From a virus, in IMG/VR virus record IMGVR_UViG_3300036770_003738, positions 20,593 through 84,592 of that record: a DNA stretch of 64,000 nucleotides; one strand, given 5' to 3'. The translations under genes were made by a program, and so were the position numbers. The notes beneath the pieces were generated by a model that was given only the letters and a program-made list of their open reading frames with translations, was not told where the DNA came from and ran no database searches. Of the stretch, positions 19,495-29,806 are shown piece by piece; position 1 is the stretch's first letter; every line of letters starts with the position of its first letter.

Positions 19495-22400
19495 ATGGCA
19501 CGACAAAGAGTTTACAAATACGTTTTTACGCCTGGTACATCAGGAGTGGGTACGATACAGGTGCAAGGGCGCTATAATCTTGCTGATTTCCTAGCAATCT
19601 ATAACACAACGGACAACATCAGCATCTACAATTTTGGTGATCCAGCACAAGGCGGTACAGTGTCATGGAGTTCTAGCACTATTAGCGGCTTGCCCACATC
19701 ATATGATGGTGTTACTACACTCACACTAGATGCTGACACTAGCAGCATGTCTGCTAGCGACAAGTTGTCAATATTTGTTGAGGAACAAGCGTTGGAAGTG
19801 CAGCCCTGGGCCTTTGGAATGGATGCCATTGGTCGTAACCGAGTTAGCAATCCCGAAGCCTTAATTGACGCTGACTTCGAATATGGTTTGCAAAACACAA
19901 AATGGCAAAACGTCAGCGTCAACAACAATATTCCTGGTTTCTACGAAGACTTTGGCGCAGACCTGTTGGTCCAAACCAATGGATACATCAGTTTGCTAGC
20001 AGGCGACGACCTTATTACTAGCAATGTTGACACATCAGTTCGATTGAGTAATCCTGGCACACCTGCTTGGGTAGCTAACGACTATGCGCTATTAATAAGC
20101 CAGACACAAGGCAATACTACAGCGTTTACATCAACCTATACCACAGCCAATGTCAACAGCTCTGCTGAACGACTAGTAACAGTGTCGTCGACTAGCAGTT
20201 TTGCAGAAGACGACAATGTGTTGATTATTGGTCGCCCTACATCAGGTGGTACAACTATTTCAACCAGTATTACAAGTACAGCTACTACAACTGTTGTAGT
20301 AGCTAATGCTTCTGCAGCAGGCATTGTTGACGGCTGCTACATCATTGTGTTGACAGACACTGCTGGTGTGTACGAAGTCATGGCGGTCACAAACGTTAGT
20401 ACCAACACACTCACAGTGGTACGACAGTCCAATCGAACCAACGCTGGTGGCGCAAACATTACTACCGGCAATGCAGTTTATGTTGTGGCCAGTCTAGAAG
20501 TTTCTCAAATTGACGAAGTCACAGACGGAACCACACTGCAACTGCAACGTGGCTGGTACAACATTCCTGCACTCAACAGTTTTGCTTCAGGATCTATTGT
20601 TCAAAAGTTGTCCAGCAACGTTGAACTAGTTGAACACACAGCAGTTAGTACCGCTGTGAACGGTGCCCAAACAATCAGCCGTGGTGCTTACAGTACCACA
20701 GCACTGAGCGCAGCAGGTGTAGGATCACCTATGATCCGCATGACCGGTGCGTTCAATGCCACTGGCAATGCCAACATTCCTGAAGTTGCAGTCAACGCTC
20801 CAGATCACGGTTTAACCGCTGGTAATTATGTGAGTGCGTTGAACATGAGCAACAGCAACGCTGAAGGTGTGGATATTGTGGCATCGGCCAACACCAACAA
20901 CTTTGGTTACTATCCTCGCAGAACAACTGGCCTAGCAGTTGGTTATCCGCTGAACCAAACTGATACTGCCCTACGTCAAGCTTTCCCCTACACTGGTGCT
21001 GACCTAGACGTGGTCAGCATTGTGAGCGATGCTGGGACTCCTAGTACCATCACAGTGACTACAACATATGCTCACGGTCTAGTACCTGGAACTCCAATCT
21101 TGGTCAACTTGACTGCTGGTACTAACACTGCCTACGGCGAAGGCAGCTTTATTGTGATCAGCGTACCAAGCACAACCACATTTACATACACTGCCAAATC
21201 TGGTGCCGCAGTAAGTGGCAGCTTGGAAGGTATCATCAACGTTCGCAGCAACGCAACATTCTTGCCAAGACCATTTGATGGTGGTGTTATCTTAGGCCCT
21301 GGTACACCCACTCATGGCGCTAGCGCAATTCGTCAGACCAAGAAGTACTTCCGTTATCAATCTGGTAAGGGCATTTTGTTTACATCTGGTACCATGCTCA
21401 AACCAACATTTGATATTTCAGTGTTGAGCGCTGACGGGACCGCAGTTAACAGCATCATTACAGTCACCACAGATATTGAGCACGGACTAAACATTGGTGC
21501 AATCATTGCAATCCAGGGTGTTGACACTACTGGTTATACCAACACTGGATATGTGGTCACATCCATTGTGAGCGATGTTAGTTTCACAGTACAAGCACAA
21601 GCTGAACTAGGCAGTACCAATCCTGATCTGGCTCCTCAACCACGAGTCAATGTCACAGGTTGGCACGGTGCTAGTATCCGTGCTGGTATTTTTGATGATC
21701 AAAACGGCATGTTCTGGGAGTGCGATGGACAGAGTGTCAACGCAGTTCAGCGTTCAAGCACATTCCAGGTTGCTGGTTTGGTCAGTGTTGGAGTAGGATC
21801 CAACTTGGTCACTGGTGACGGTGTTTGTCGATTCCAAGAGCAGTTAAACAACGGCGACGTTGTGGTTATTCGTGGTATGACACATACTGTGACTAGTATC
21901 CTTGACGAAGCACGTATGACAGTAGTACCTACATTCCGTGGTGTTACTAACCAAAATCGTGTGAAAATGTGCTTGCGCCAAGAGATTCGTGTACGTCAAG
22001 CAGATTTCAACATTGATCCACTGGATGGAACAGGTCCGAGCGGTTACACACTGGATGCTAACAAAATGCAGATGTTAGGTGTTGAATACTCTTGGTACGG
22101 CGCAGGTTATGTACAGTGGATGATTCGTGGACAAAACGGCAACTTTGTTATGGCACATCGTCGTCCTAACAACAACGCCAACAACGAAGCTTACATGCGT
22201 TCGGGTAACTTGCCTGCCCGCTATGAAGCAGTAAACGAAACACCTATTAGCGAGCTTAACGGCGCAATTGATGCTAGCCAAACAACAATTACTTTATTGG
22301 ATGCAACCTACTATCCAGCAGCCAGCGTCACATACCCAGTGTATGTGATGATTGACAGTGAAATCATCAAGTACTCCGGTAAGAGTGGCAACGATCTTAC

Positions 22401-23451
22401 CGGTTGCACACGAGGTGCAACATTTACACAATGGATCGAAGGCGCAAGCCGCAGCTTTACATCTAGTGCTGCTGCAAGTCACGACAGTTCAACCGGTGTA
22501 ATATTGATTTCTAACACCTGTACTCCATTAGTTAACCACTGGGGTAGTTCAGTAATCATGGATGGCAGCTTCGATGGCGACGAAGGCTATCAGTTCACAT
22601 TCAACCGAACTAACTATGGTTTACCAGGAACAATTGGCCAGAAGCAAACTGCTTTCTGTATGCGTCTTGCACCGAGTGTAAGTAACGGTATCATTGGAAA
22701 TCTTGGCCAACGAGATTTGATCAATCGAGCACAGCTCACACTCAGCAACATGATTGTGAACATCACAGCAGGTCGTTACTTGGTTGAAGGTATTCTAAAC
22801 CCTAGCAACATTGATTCGGCTAACACTGTGTGGTCAGGACTCAACAATGCAGGTGGTGGCTACCAACCTAGCTTTACTGAGTTTTCAGTAGCGCCAATCT
22901 ACACCGATGATACCACAGGTGGTGTAACCGGTTCTTTATATGGATCCACAGGCGGTTTTGTTAAGAGTGGCACCAAGCAAACTTTTAGTAGTAATAGAAC
23001 CTATCCTAACTTAGCACCTATTAACGTTTCTAGTTCGGGCTCAGGATCTAACGTCACTGTGCAATTGACTAGGACTGGCACAACTTATACTAACAGTACA
23101 GTACAAATTACTGTGCAAAACCCTGGTTCAGGTTATGCAATCGGCGACACACTAAAGATTCTAGGTAACGCTCTTGGCGGATCAACTCCATCCAACGACT
23201 TAGCACTTACCGTAGCAGCTATTACAACTGAAATCTCAGGTGGTGAGCGCTTGTTTGCTGTACCAATTTCAACAACTAACTCAGGTACATTGGATTTGCG
23301 CTCAGTTAAACAGATTGGTACTAGTGCTATTCCTGGTACAGGAACTTTCCCCAACGGGCCAGAAATTCTAGCTGTGCAAATTACAGCACTAGCTACTGCA
23401 ACAAACCCAACAGGTGAGATACAGTTACAGTTCCAGGAAAGTCAAGCTTAA
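19495..23451 (+). CDS. Large virion structural protein (1318 aa)
   Basis: Beta-rich Thr/Gly/Ser composition; LIDADFEYGLQ, FRYQSGKG and YSWYGAG segments; repeated TTTxxHGL modules; last gene of the fibre operon. Confidence 0.7.
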   Translation: MARQRVYKYVFTPGTSGVGTIQVQGRYNLADFLAIYNTTDNISIYNFGDPAQGGTVSWSSSTISGLPTSYDGVTTLTLDADTSSMSASDKLSIFVEEQALEVQPWAFGMDAIGRNRVSNPEALIDADFEYGLQNTKWQNVSVNNNIPGFYEDFGADLLVQTNGYISLLAGDDLITSNVDTSVRLSNPGTPAWVANDYALLISQTQGNTTAFTSTYTTANVNSSAERLVTVSSTSSFAEDDNVLIIGRPTSGGTTISTSITSTATTTVVVANASAAGIVDGCYIIVLTDTAGVYEVMAVTNVSTNTLTVVRQSNRTNAGGANITTGNAVYVVASLEVSQIDEVTDGTTLQLQRGWYNIPALNSFASGSIVQKLSSNVELVEHTAVSTAVNGAQTISRGAYSTTALSAAGVGSPMIRMTGAFNATGNANIPEVAVNAPDHGLTAGNYVSALNMSNSNAEGVDIVASANTNNFGYYPRRTTGLAVGYPLNQTDTALRQAFPYTGADLDVVSIVSDAGTPSTITVTTTYAHGLVPGTPILVNLTAGTNTAYGEGSFIVISVPSTTTFTYTAKSGAAVSGSLEGIINVRSNATFLPRPFDGGVILGPGTPTHGASAIRQTKKYFRYQSGKGILFTSGTMLKPTFDISVLSADGTAVNSIITVTTDIEHGLNIGAIIAIQGVDTTGYTNTGYVVTSIVSDVSFTVQAQAELGSTNPDLAPQPRVNVTGWHGASIRAGIFDDQNGMFWECDGQSVNAVQRSSTFQVAGLVSVGVGSNLVTGDGVCRFQEQLNNGDVVVIRGMTHTVTSILDEARMTVVPTFRGVTNQNRVKMCLRQEIRVRQADFNIDPLDGTGPSGYTLDANKMQMLGVEYSWYGAGYVQWMIRGQNGNFVMAHRRPNNNANNEAYMRSGNLPARYEAVNETPISELNGAIDASQTTITLLDATYYPAASVTYPVYVMIDSEIIKYSGKSGNDLTGCTRGATFTQWIEGASRSFTSSAAASHDSSTGVILISNTCTPLVNHWGSSVIMDGSFDGDEGYQFTFNRTNYGLPGTIGQKQTAFCMRLAPSVSNGIIGNLGQRDLINRAQLTLSNMIVNITAGRYLVEGILNPSNIDSANTVWSGLNNAGGGYQPSFTEFSVAPIYTDDTTGGVTGSLYGSTGGFVKSGTKQTFSSNRTYPNLAPINVSSSGSGSNVTVQLTRTGTTYTNSTVQITVQNPGSGYAIGDTLKILGNALGGSTPSNDLALTVAAITTEISGGERLFAVPISTTNSGTLDLRSVKQIGTSAIPGTGTFPNGPEILAVQITALATATNPTGEIQLQFQESQA

Positions 23452-23885
23452 CGCGATACAAAATCCTGCTCAAGTAGCAGGATTTTGCTTTGTACAGCTT
23501 CGATATTGACTGTGCTCCACAATCCGGGATGCATAGGACGCGGCCAAGTACCAGCATCGATCCAGGCCCACCCTAGGTGCTCGTGATTGAGCACAGGAGT
23601 AAACTCATTAGCGACCACACATACCCAGGTGTGGTATTCGAATGCGCCATCAGCTGAAGTAAATTTTTCTAACGGTATTAGACGTTCGTATATAGGAAAG
23701 TTGCCTAGCTCTTCAATGCATTCGCGCTCCATGCTACCTAGCAAGGTTTCGCCAGCTTCTACCTTGCCACCAGGTAAACCCCAGACGCTGGGATTTTTGC
23801 TGTCATTGCGCAACAGGTACAGGTAACGTCCTGTGCTTTTTGAACGAAACCAAACACCGACTGCCTTCAAAGCACAATGCTCCAC
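23448..23885 (-). CDS. NUDIX hydrolase (true start may be the TTG at 23870)
   Basis: Nudix box WGLPGGKVEAGET...RECIEELG. Confidence 0.88.
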   Translation of the reverse strand: MEHCALKAVGVWFRSKSTGRYLYLLRNDSKNPSVWGLPGGKVEAGETLLGSMERECIEELGNFPIYERLIPLEKFTSADGAFEYHTWVCVVANEFTPVLNHEHLGWAWIDAGTWPRPMHPGLWSTVNIEAVQSKILLLEQDFVSR

Positions 23886-25264
23886 TCACCACCAGGGTAG
23901 ATGCCTTGATAGCTCTTGATCCACATTTCTCCAGTCCAGTAGTATTGAAGTCCTGTGGTTATATTAGTAACATACTGTCCACCAGGAATAGTATCAGCAT
24001 TAAATACCACGTGCCAGTAGTTGTTGGAGTATTCAATAATGTCGTTGGCTTCGGCTACAAGCGGCCGCCCATTTGCGCCAACCCAAGCAGTGGCATTGTA
24101 TTGATTGCTGAGGCTACCAGTTGCTTCAGTTAGCAAATAACGTTGTCCTTCGATTGCACTATCGAGCCCGTCTTGAGGAGCACTGGTCTGTGGATTGATC
24201 ACAGCGTCGATGGCTGCTAGTGTGTTCTGTGGCACAGTGTCAGTGTCGGCATCGAACAACATAAAGCGTTCGTCGTTAGGATCCAGTGTAATGGTACCAA
24301 TAACTTCGGTGCCATCAGGCTGCTCTAGTCTGATTTGGCTAATACCTGGGCGCAGCACACCATAAACACTGACCACAGCGGGCCATTGTAAGTTGCTGTT
24401 TTCAACCAAGTCAGGAGCAATTAAACTGGAGTTAGGTTGGTCTACAATAGTAGGACCTTGTAAACACTGTAGCTTGTTGCCAATCAAAACTACTTTGTAG
24501 TTGTAAGGTGTGACTTTGACTCGGGTGCCTAACAACAGATCATTGTTGGTCACAGCATCTTGCAGGTCGCCTTGTGCATCATACATGCTGGCAATTACTC
24601 GCTCAATCACACCCAGCTTCTTGACCTTGGCAGGTGAGCTGATCCAAATTGGCAAGCTGAACTTGAGAGTTGCAATATCGATAGGGTTTTCTGTTCCCAT
24701 TGGAATAGTTCTTGAAGTCCATTGGACTGAGTCTAATTCTACTATACTCAAGCTGGTCCAGTCAATATAGTTGTCAGTCGATTGCACTTCCAGGCTGGGG
24801 TTGAACAGTGTCAGCATCTGTTCCAGCAACTGCATTTTTTGATTAGTGTTGCTAGTCCAGATATCCAAGGTGATACCCAACTTGTAAGGCACAGGCATTA
24901 GTCGTTCGATGGTAAACGCATTGCCTTGGGTGGTCTCGTAAGTTTCAGAATCTTGATCGTAGGTACGTTGACGCACATTGACCTTGCTCACAAAGTACGG
25001 CTCTTGCATGCGCGGACGATCGTAGTCCAGGCTAGACACATAAAATGTCATTAGCGGAGTGCTAGGCATGCTTGATGCTGAGTTTTCCTGAATAATAGTT
25101 TGTGCGTTGCGACTAGCATCGCCGTAACGAACCGGAACACGCAGTAGTGCAGCCTGATCAGTGCCTTCTTCTCTACCGTATTCGATCTGGAAGTTGCTGC
25201 AAATCCTGGTAAACTGAAGCAGGAATCGACGAATTTGAGCGTCGTAAAAGAATTGTTGTGCCAT
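23867..25264 (-). CDS. gp15: Tail terminator/sheath stabiliser, T4 gp15-like, with C-terminal extension
   Basis: FFYDAQIRRFLLQF...VPVRYG...MPVPYKL...QLLEQMLTLFNPS pattern; downstream of the gp14-like gene. Confidence 0.7.
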   Translation of the reverse strand: MAQQFFYDAQIRRFLLQFTRICSNFQIEYGREEGTDQAALLRVPVRYGDASRNAQTIIQENSASSMPSTPLMTFYVSSLDYDRPRMQEPYFVSKVNVRQRTYDQDSETYETTQGNAFTIERLMPVPYKLGITLDIWTSNTNQKMQLLEQMLTLFNPSLEVQSTDNYIDWTSLSIVELDSVQWTSRTIPMGTENPIDIATLKFSLPIWISSPAKVKKLGVIERVIASMYDAQGDLQDAVTNNDLLLGTRVKVTPYNYKVVLIGNKLQCLQGPTIVDQPNSSLIAPDLVENSNLQWPAVVSVYGVLRPGISQIRLEQPDGTEVIGTITLDPNDERFMLFDADTDTVPQNTLAAIDAVINPQTSAPQDGLDSAIEGQRYLLTEATGSLSNQYNATAWVGANGRPLVAEANDIIEYSNNYWHVVFNADTIPGGQYVTNITTGLQYYWTGEMWIKSYQGIYPGGEWSIVL

Positions 25265-25269
25265 AATGA

Positions 25270-26592
25270 TTAACCGCCGTTGTCGGCTCTGGGTTTAAGC
25301 AACTCACTGAGACTCTGACGACTTGGAATGGCGCCGCGGTCTGTGGTGTTGACAGTTGCTGTGTTGTTGACAAAGCTAGAACGCAGTGTCTTGTTGTCTG
25401 GACCGTTGTTAAGATCAGTCCGAACACTGTCTTCAATCTTGACCCAACGAACACCGTCATATCGGAACAAACGATTGGGTCTATAATCCAGTCGCAACAC
25501 ATATTGACCAGCTACAGGATTGGGAGGAAAAGCCACTCCTTGAGTAACCGGAAGACCGTTAGGAGCAATCTCGTCGCTGCCAGTGAGATAGCCCATGGTA
25601 TAACCTTCGGCACGTGGGGTAGTACCTTGTCCACCTTGGGTACCGTCTACAGTAGTTGAACTATCTGTGGTCATACCTACTTCTTCAGCTAGTGCAGGCT
25701 GATCGTTTAGCAGAGTTGGAACAATATAAAACTTAGTGGTGTCGTAGCCACTGAGAGGAACTTCGATGTCTGCTTGTGTGAGAATAGCGTCGTTGATTTC
25801 GGTGTCTTTGGTTCTAGTACCTTGAACATCAGCAACAGTAGGCGGTGTGTACTCTTGCCAATATGTTGTATTAGAAATATCAATGTCGGCCGGAGTATTG
25901 ATCTGAGCTTGATAATAGGTATCGCCGTAGTTTACAATACTTCCAGCAGGGTAATAATTGCCATTGTCCCAGATTTGCTCACTGACAAAAGGTTTGTTAG
26001 TAATAGAGTTGTATTCCTGTGCGTCAGTGAGAGGCGTTGCCTTCACACGCCATAAGTGAGGTAACCAAGTTACAGAAAAGCCTTCGCTAGCATAAGCAGC
26101 ATCTTGTATCACATAGTACTTAGGCAGTGCAGCAGGCAGTGTTGAATTTAATGGGTTGTAGTCTTTGAGATTTGGAACTTCGATCACGTCACCACTCATG
26201 AGCTTCCGTCCAAAAGTGTCAATCATGTCGTTGTAGTGGAAGGTGATAAACAAAGTATCATTGTTCAAAAACAAACCAAACTGTGTCAAGTCAAAGTCCA
26301 CGTCTTGAGTATTGTAAACCCCCCGCATGACGTAAATGTCAGGATCGTACACTCGGTCTCTGTTTTCTAGCAACAGCAGATCTTGAATGTTGAGTGGGCT
26401 CAGTGTTTCGTAAACTGGTTGAGTTGCGTCAGCATTGCCACTAAGTGCAGAATCTTCCCCTCCGGTTTGCGGACCCATGTACTTGTGGACATAAAGGTCT
26501 AAACCGCCAACAGTGTACATTTCACTGATTGTGCGGTCCAAAAATTGATAATCTCTGGTGCGATTGGGACGATATAGACTTAAACGTGGCAT
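25270..26592 (-). CDS. gp14: Neck/head-closure protein, T4 gp14-like (start MPRLSL at 26592)
   Basis: LTQFGLF...FITF...GDVIEVP pattern; minus-strand TAAATA at 26601-26606; adjacent to the gp15-like gene. Confidence 0.6.
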   Translation of the reverse strand: MPRLSLYRPNRTRDYQFLDRTISEMYTVGGLDLYVHKYMGPQTGGEDSALSGNADATQPVYETLSPLNIQDLLLLENRDRVYDPDIYVMRGVYNTQDVDFDLTQFGLFLNNDTLFITFHYNDMIDTFGRKLMSGDVIEVPNLKDYNPLNSTLPAALPKYYVIQDAAYASEGFSVTWLPHLWRVKATPLTDAQEYNSITNKPFVSEQIWDNGNYYPAGSIVNYGDTYYQAQINTPADIDISNTTYWQEYTPPTVADVQGTRTKDTEINDAILTQADIEVPLSGYDTTKFYIVPTLLNDQPALAEEVGMTTDSSTTVDGTQGGQGTTPRAEGYTMGYLTGSDEIAPNGLPVTQGVAFPPNPVAGQYVLRLDYRPNRLFRYDGVRWVKIEDSVRTDLNNGPDNKTLRSSFVNNTATVNTTDRGAIPSRQSLSELLKPRADNGG

Positions 26593-26614
26593 AGTAATAC
26601 TATTTATGTACCGG

Positions 26615-26643
26615 TTGACCACAAATTGAGCAAGTGCTATAAT
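26615..26643 (+). promoter_or_regulatory. Early sigma70-type promoter
   Basis: TTGACC-N17-TATAAT with TG extension; AAGGAG SD downstream. Confidence 0.85.
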
Positions 26644-26668
26644 TACAGCATACAAACAAGGAGCCCAA

Positions 26669-27808
26669 ATGGTTGCTGTAGCAAAAAGTATTAAACCTTT
26701 GAATCCCCGTAGTCCTGACACCAAATACGTTGGGGACGAACCCCTGTGGCGCAGCCAACCCACAGAAAACCGTTTTGCTGAACTTACACGAGCATTTAAC
26801 TGGTACAACTACTTCTATGGCAAAAAAGAAGCCAAAGACTTTGTAGTTGCTTATCTTGAAACTCAAAACAAGGCCAAAGAAGCCAAACAAATTCGCAGTC
26901 TTAGCGATAGTCAAATGCGTCTAACTACAGGTTGGTTGTGCCGTATGACCCTTATGGGACTGCAACTTGACGAGCACGAGCAAATCAAACTGGATAACTT
27001 GATTGCCGATCTGCTGTCTATCAAAGCAGAAGCAAAAAAAGAAGCAGAAACCGCAGAAGACACTCAACCCAAAGTTACGATCCAGGATCGCCTGCGTGAA
27101 AAAGTAAGCGAGTGCGCCGGGGAGCTGGACGGTTTGTTTGATGACTTTGTGGTCGCTGGCGCCAAAATGTCTGCAGACTGGAAGCCTATTGCTACTATCC
27201 GCGGTATGAACGTAGCACCACAAATGGTGTCTACTATTGCTAGTATCTGGCAACAAAAACTTGACGAGTTTACAGCCGTACAAGAAGGCAAGGATGCCCA
27301 ATTGGTCGAAGCATACAGCAACTACAACAAGATTCAACTGCGTAACATCATCAAGTTTTGCGAGCAAGTTATTGCAGACTGCGGTTCTTACGTGCAGATT
27401 AAAAAGGTTGAACGCAAGCCACGCAAAGTCAAGGCAGTGCCGCCGGAGAAAAAGGCTGCTAAGTTTAAGATTTGTGCTGAATTTGCTGAACTCAAACTCA
27501 AGAGTCTCCCGGCTGCACAACTAGTGGACAAGAGCGAAGCCTGGTTGTATGACACCAAAAAGCGCAAGTTGATCCACGTGGTAGCCGACGAGTATGCCAA
27601 GGTGTTTACGGTTAAAAACAATGCCGTGATCGGGTTTAGCACCGTGGAAACACAGCAAAAGACTCTGCGCAAGCCAGCAGAGCAACTTAAACCCATACTA
27701 ACAGCAGGCAAGCCAGCAGCACGTAAAGCCTACAAGGACATCAAGGCCACTGAAACTGCCTGGAACGGGCGCGGCAGTGAGAACCTTGTGGTCATCAGAG
27801 CTTGGTAA
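26669..27808 (+). CDS. Hypothetical basic early protein (379 aa)
   Basis: Long ORF with its own sigma70 promoter and SD; Lys-rich C-terminus. Confidence 0.8.
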   Translation: MVAVAKSIKPLNPRSPDTKYVGDEPLWRSQPTENRFAELTRAFNWYNYFYGKKEAKDFVVAYLETQNKAKEAKQIRSLSDSQMRLTTGWLCRMTLMGLQLDEHEQIKLDNLIADLLSIKAEAKKEAETAEDTQPKVTIQDRLREKVSECAGELDGLFDDFVVAGAKMSADWKPIATIRGMNVAPQMVSTIASIWQQKLDEFTAVQEGKDAQLVEAYSNYNKIQLRNIIKFCEQVIADCGSYVQIKKVERKPRKVKAVPPEKKAAKFKICAEFAELKLKSLPAAQLVDKSEAWLYDTKKRKLIHVVADEYAKVFTVKNNAVIGFSTVETQQKTLRKPAEQLKPILTAGKPAARKAYKDIKATETAWNGRGSENLVVIRAW

Positions 27809-27815
27809 GTAACTG

Positions 27816-28715
27816 ATGCATGAGATTACAAACAAAGTTGATTTTTATATTACTAATGTTTGTAATCTCACCTGCGAAGGGTGCAACAGGTTCAACAATC
27901 ACGATTTTCGAGGATGGCAACGCTGGAGTGATTATCGAGCACAGTACGAACAATGGGGTGAGTTGGTTCGATTAAAATCTGCAACTATCATGGGAGGCGA
28001 GCCTTTTTTGAATCCGACATTAGTGGATTGGATACAAGGAATCAATCGTATATTCGGCATTGACGTTCAAGTTCTCACTAACGGTACTAGGTTCAGACAG
28101 TCACAGCACTTGTACGATGCAATGTTGTATCGTTCAACACGCACAAGAGCAATGAACCACATTGGAGTAAGTCTTCATAATCTTGCAGATCAAGAAGAAA
28201 TACTTGATAGTATTCGATCATTCTTTCCTGGCTCATTTAATGAGTACCCTAAAGGACATCTAGCAAACCGTTGGGGGTCAGACTGGTATTTTGTTGACAA
28301 TAACGGAGTAATGGTCAATGTGTATGTTGTTAACAAATTTGTTAATTCGTCGGTGATCCCACAATGGCAAGTCAACGGCGGAATTAAAAAACAATACACA
28401 CTACATAATAGCGATCCAGTAGAGGCGCACCAGGCTTGCGCTTTTGCAAAATTTAAATCATATCATTTCATTCGTGGAAAATTGTACAAATGCGGTCCAG
28501 TAGCTCTCTTGCCCGAGTTTGATCAACAACATCAGCTTACAATAACTGATGCTGATAGAAATTTAATGAGTTCATATCAACCATTGTCAACTGACAACTT
28601 TGATCATTACCACAAAGAATTTTTTGATCACATAGATAAGCCTATTTCACAATGTAAATTTTGCCCTACTGAGCCTAAATTCAGAATAATTGCACCGATT
28701 CGCAAAGGGCTGTAA
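27816..28715 (+). CDS. Radical SAM protein
   Basis: CNLTCEGC, GGEP and TNG motifs, C-terminal CxxC; TAAGTA at 27806-27811, 4 nt before the ATG. Confidence 0.88.
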   Translation: MHEITNKVDFYITNVCNLTCEGCNRFNNHDFRGWQRWSDYRAQYEQWGELVRLKSATIMGGEPFLNPTLVDWIQGINRIFGIDVQVLTNGTRFRQSQHLYDAMLYRSTRTRAMNHIGVSLHNLADQEEILDSIRSFFPGSFNEYPKGHLANRWGSDWYFVDNNGVMVNVYVVNKFVNSSVIPQWQVNGGIKKQYTLHNSDPVEAHQACAFAKFKSYHFIRGKLYKCGPVALLPEFDQQHQLTITDADRNLMSSYQPLSTDNFDHYHKEFFDHIDKPISQCKFCPTEPKFRIIAPIRKGL

Positions 28716-29785
28716 TGTTTCAAGATCAATTTTATCAAATACATCAAAGCGAAGCATTTAAAATTAGTCAGTGCATGCAACACGAACATGCCCTGGCTAA
28801 CTTTTTTTCGAGCCTGCTAACCAACCTAGGTTATAGCACTGTTGATCCTGTTAGAAGAATTTGGAAACGTGCTAACAAAACTGTGATCGTTTGTTTAGCA
28901 GATGACTTCAATATCTGTGGAGCAGACCTTTCAAAATCAGCTGATCAGTGGTTTGATGTTGACACCACGATAATAACAGATAACTTTATAACTGCCCCCA
29001 CGCAATATCGAGTTCTGCAATTACCAACTAGTTATTTTGGAATATTTGGCTACACACCCCATCAGCAACATTACGACCCGCAAAAAAGATTTCACTTTTC
29101 TGTAAATCGTCTCGACACTCAACGACAACTGATCTTGTTTGAATTACTAGGTCAAAGCGGTGGACTTGATCAAGTACTTGACCAAGACTACATAAATTTC
29201 AACGCTATGAATCCTGGAAGCATCAACGATACTGTTGAAGATATTCAGACCAATTTTAAAAAATCTTGGGAGCCGGTAGCAAACTTTTATAGTGATACTT
29301 ACAATCAAGACATGTCAGCAGTAGTCAGATTGCTGCCTGTACGCAATCACACACTATCTATTGAGCAAGCTAACGTCGGTGCCTATTTAAATTTAGTAGT
29401 TGAAACATATGCTGGAAATACCACAGTTACATTCAGCGAAAAAACATTTAGGTCCTTGGTAACACCGAGTCCGTGGACTTTGTTTGCTGCTCGCGGTGCA
29501 GTTGAATACATCAAAAATTTAGGATTTGATGTTATGCTGGATCTAATAGATCATAGTTATGACAGTGACATGCACGACCATTGGCCTGGTAATTCTAGAA
29601 TAAAAAAATATATTTCATCTAGCATACAGCAATATCAACATTTAACCACCTTGTCCAAGGAACATATTGCAAACAGAGCCACGATTGCTGCCAAACATAA
29701 TCAGCAACTTTTACAAAAAATGAAGATAAATTGGCCTCGTGACTTTGCTGCTTGGCTCCCTGAAGTGATAGCTCAGCTTGAATAA
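28715..29785 (+). CDS. Putative glycosyltransferase-like protein (GT10-like motif); paralog of 2686..3618
   Basis: LNLVVETY...FSEKTFRSL...P...LGFD...DHSYD. Confidence 0.45.
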   Translation: MFQDQFYQIHQSEAFKISQCMQHEHALANFFSSLLTNLGYSTVDPVRRIWKRANKTVIVCLADDFNICGADLSKSADQWFDVDTTIITDNFITAPTQYRVLQLPTSYFGIFGYTPHQQHYDPQKRFHFSVNRLDTQRQLILFELLGQSGGLDQVLDQDYINFNAMNPGSINDTVEDIQTNFKKSWEPVANFYSDTYNQDMSAVVRLLPVRNHTLSIEQANVGAYLNLVVETYAGNTTVTFSEKTFRSLVTPSPWTLFAARGAVEYIKNLGFDVMLDLIDHSYDSDMHDHWPGNSRIKKYISSSIQQYQHLTTLSKEHIANRATIAAKHNQQLLQKMKINWPRDFAAWLPEVIAQLE

Positions 29786-29806
29786 ATATAAGCAACGGAG
29801 TCCCTT

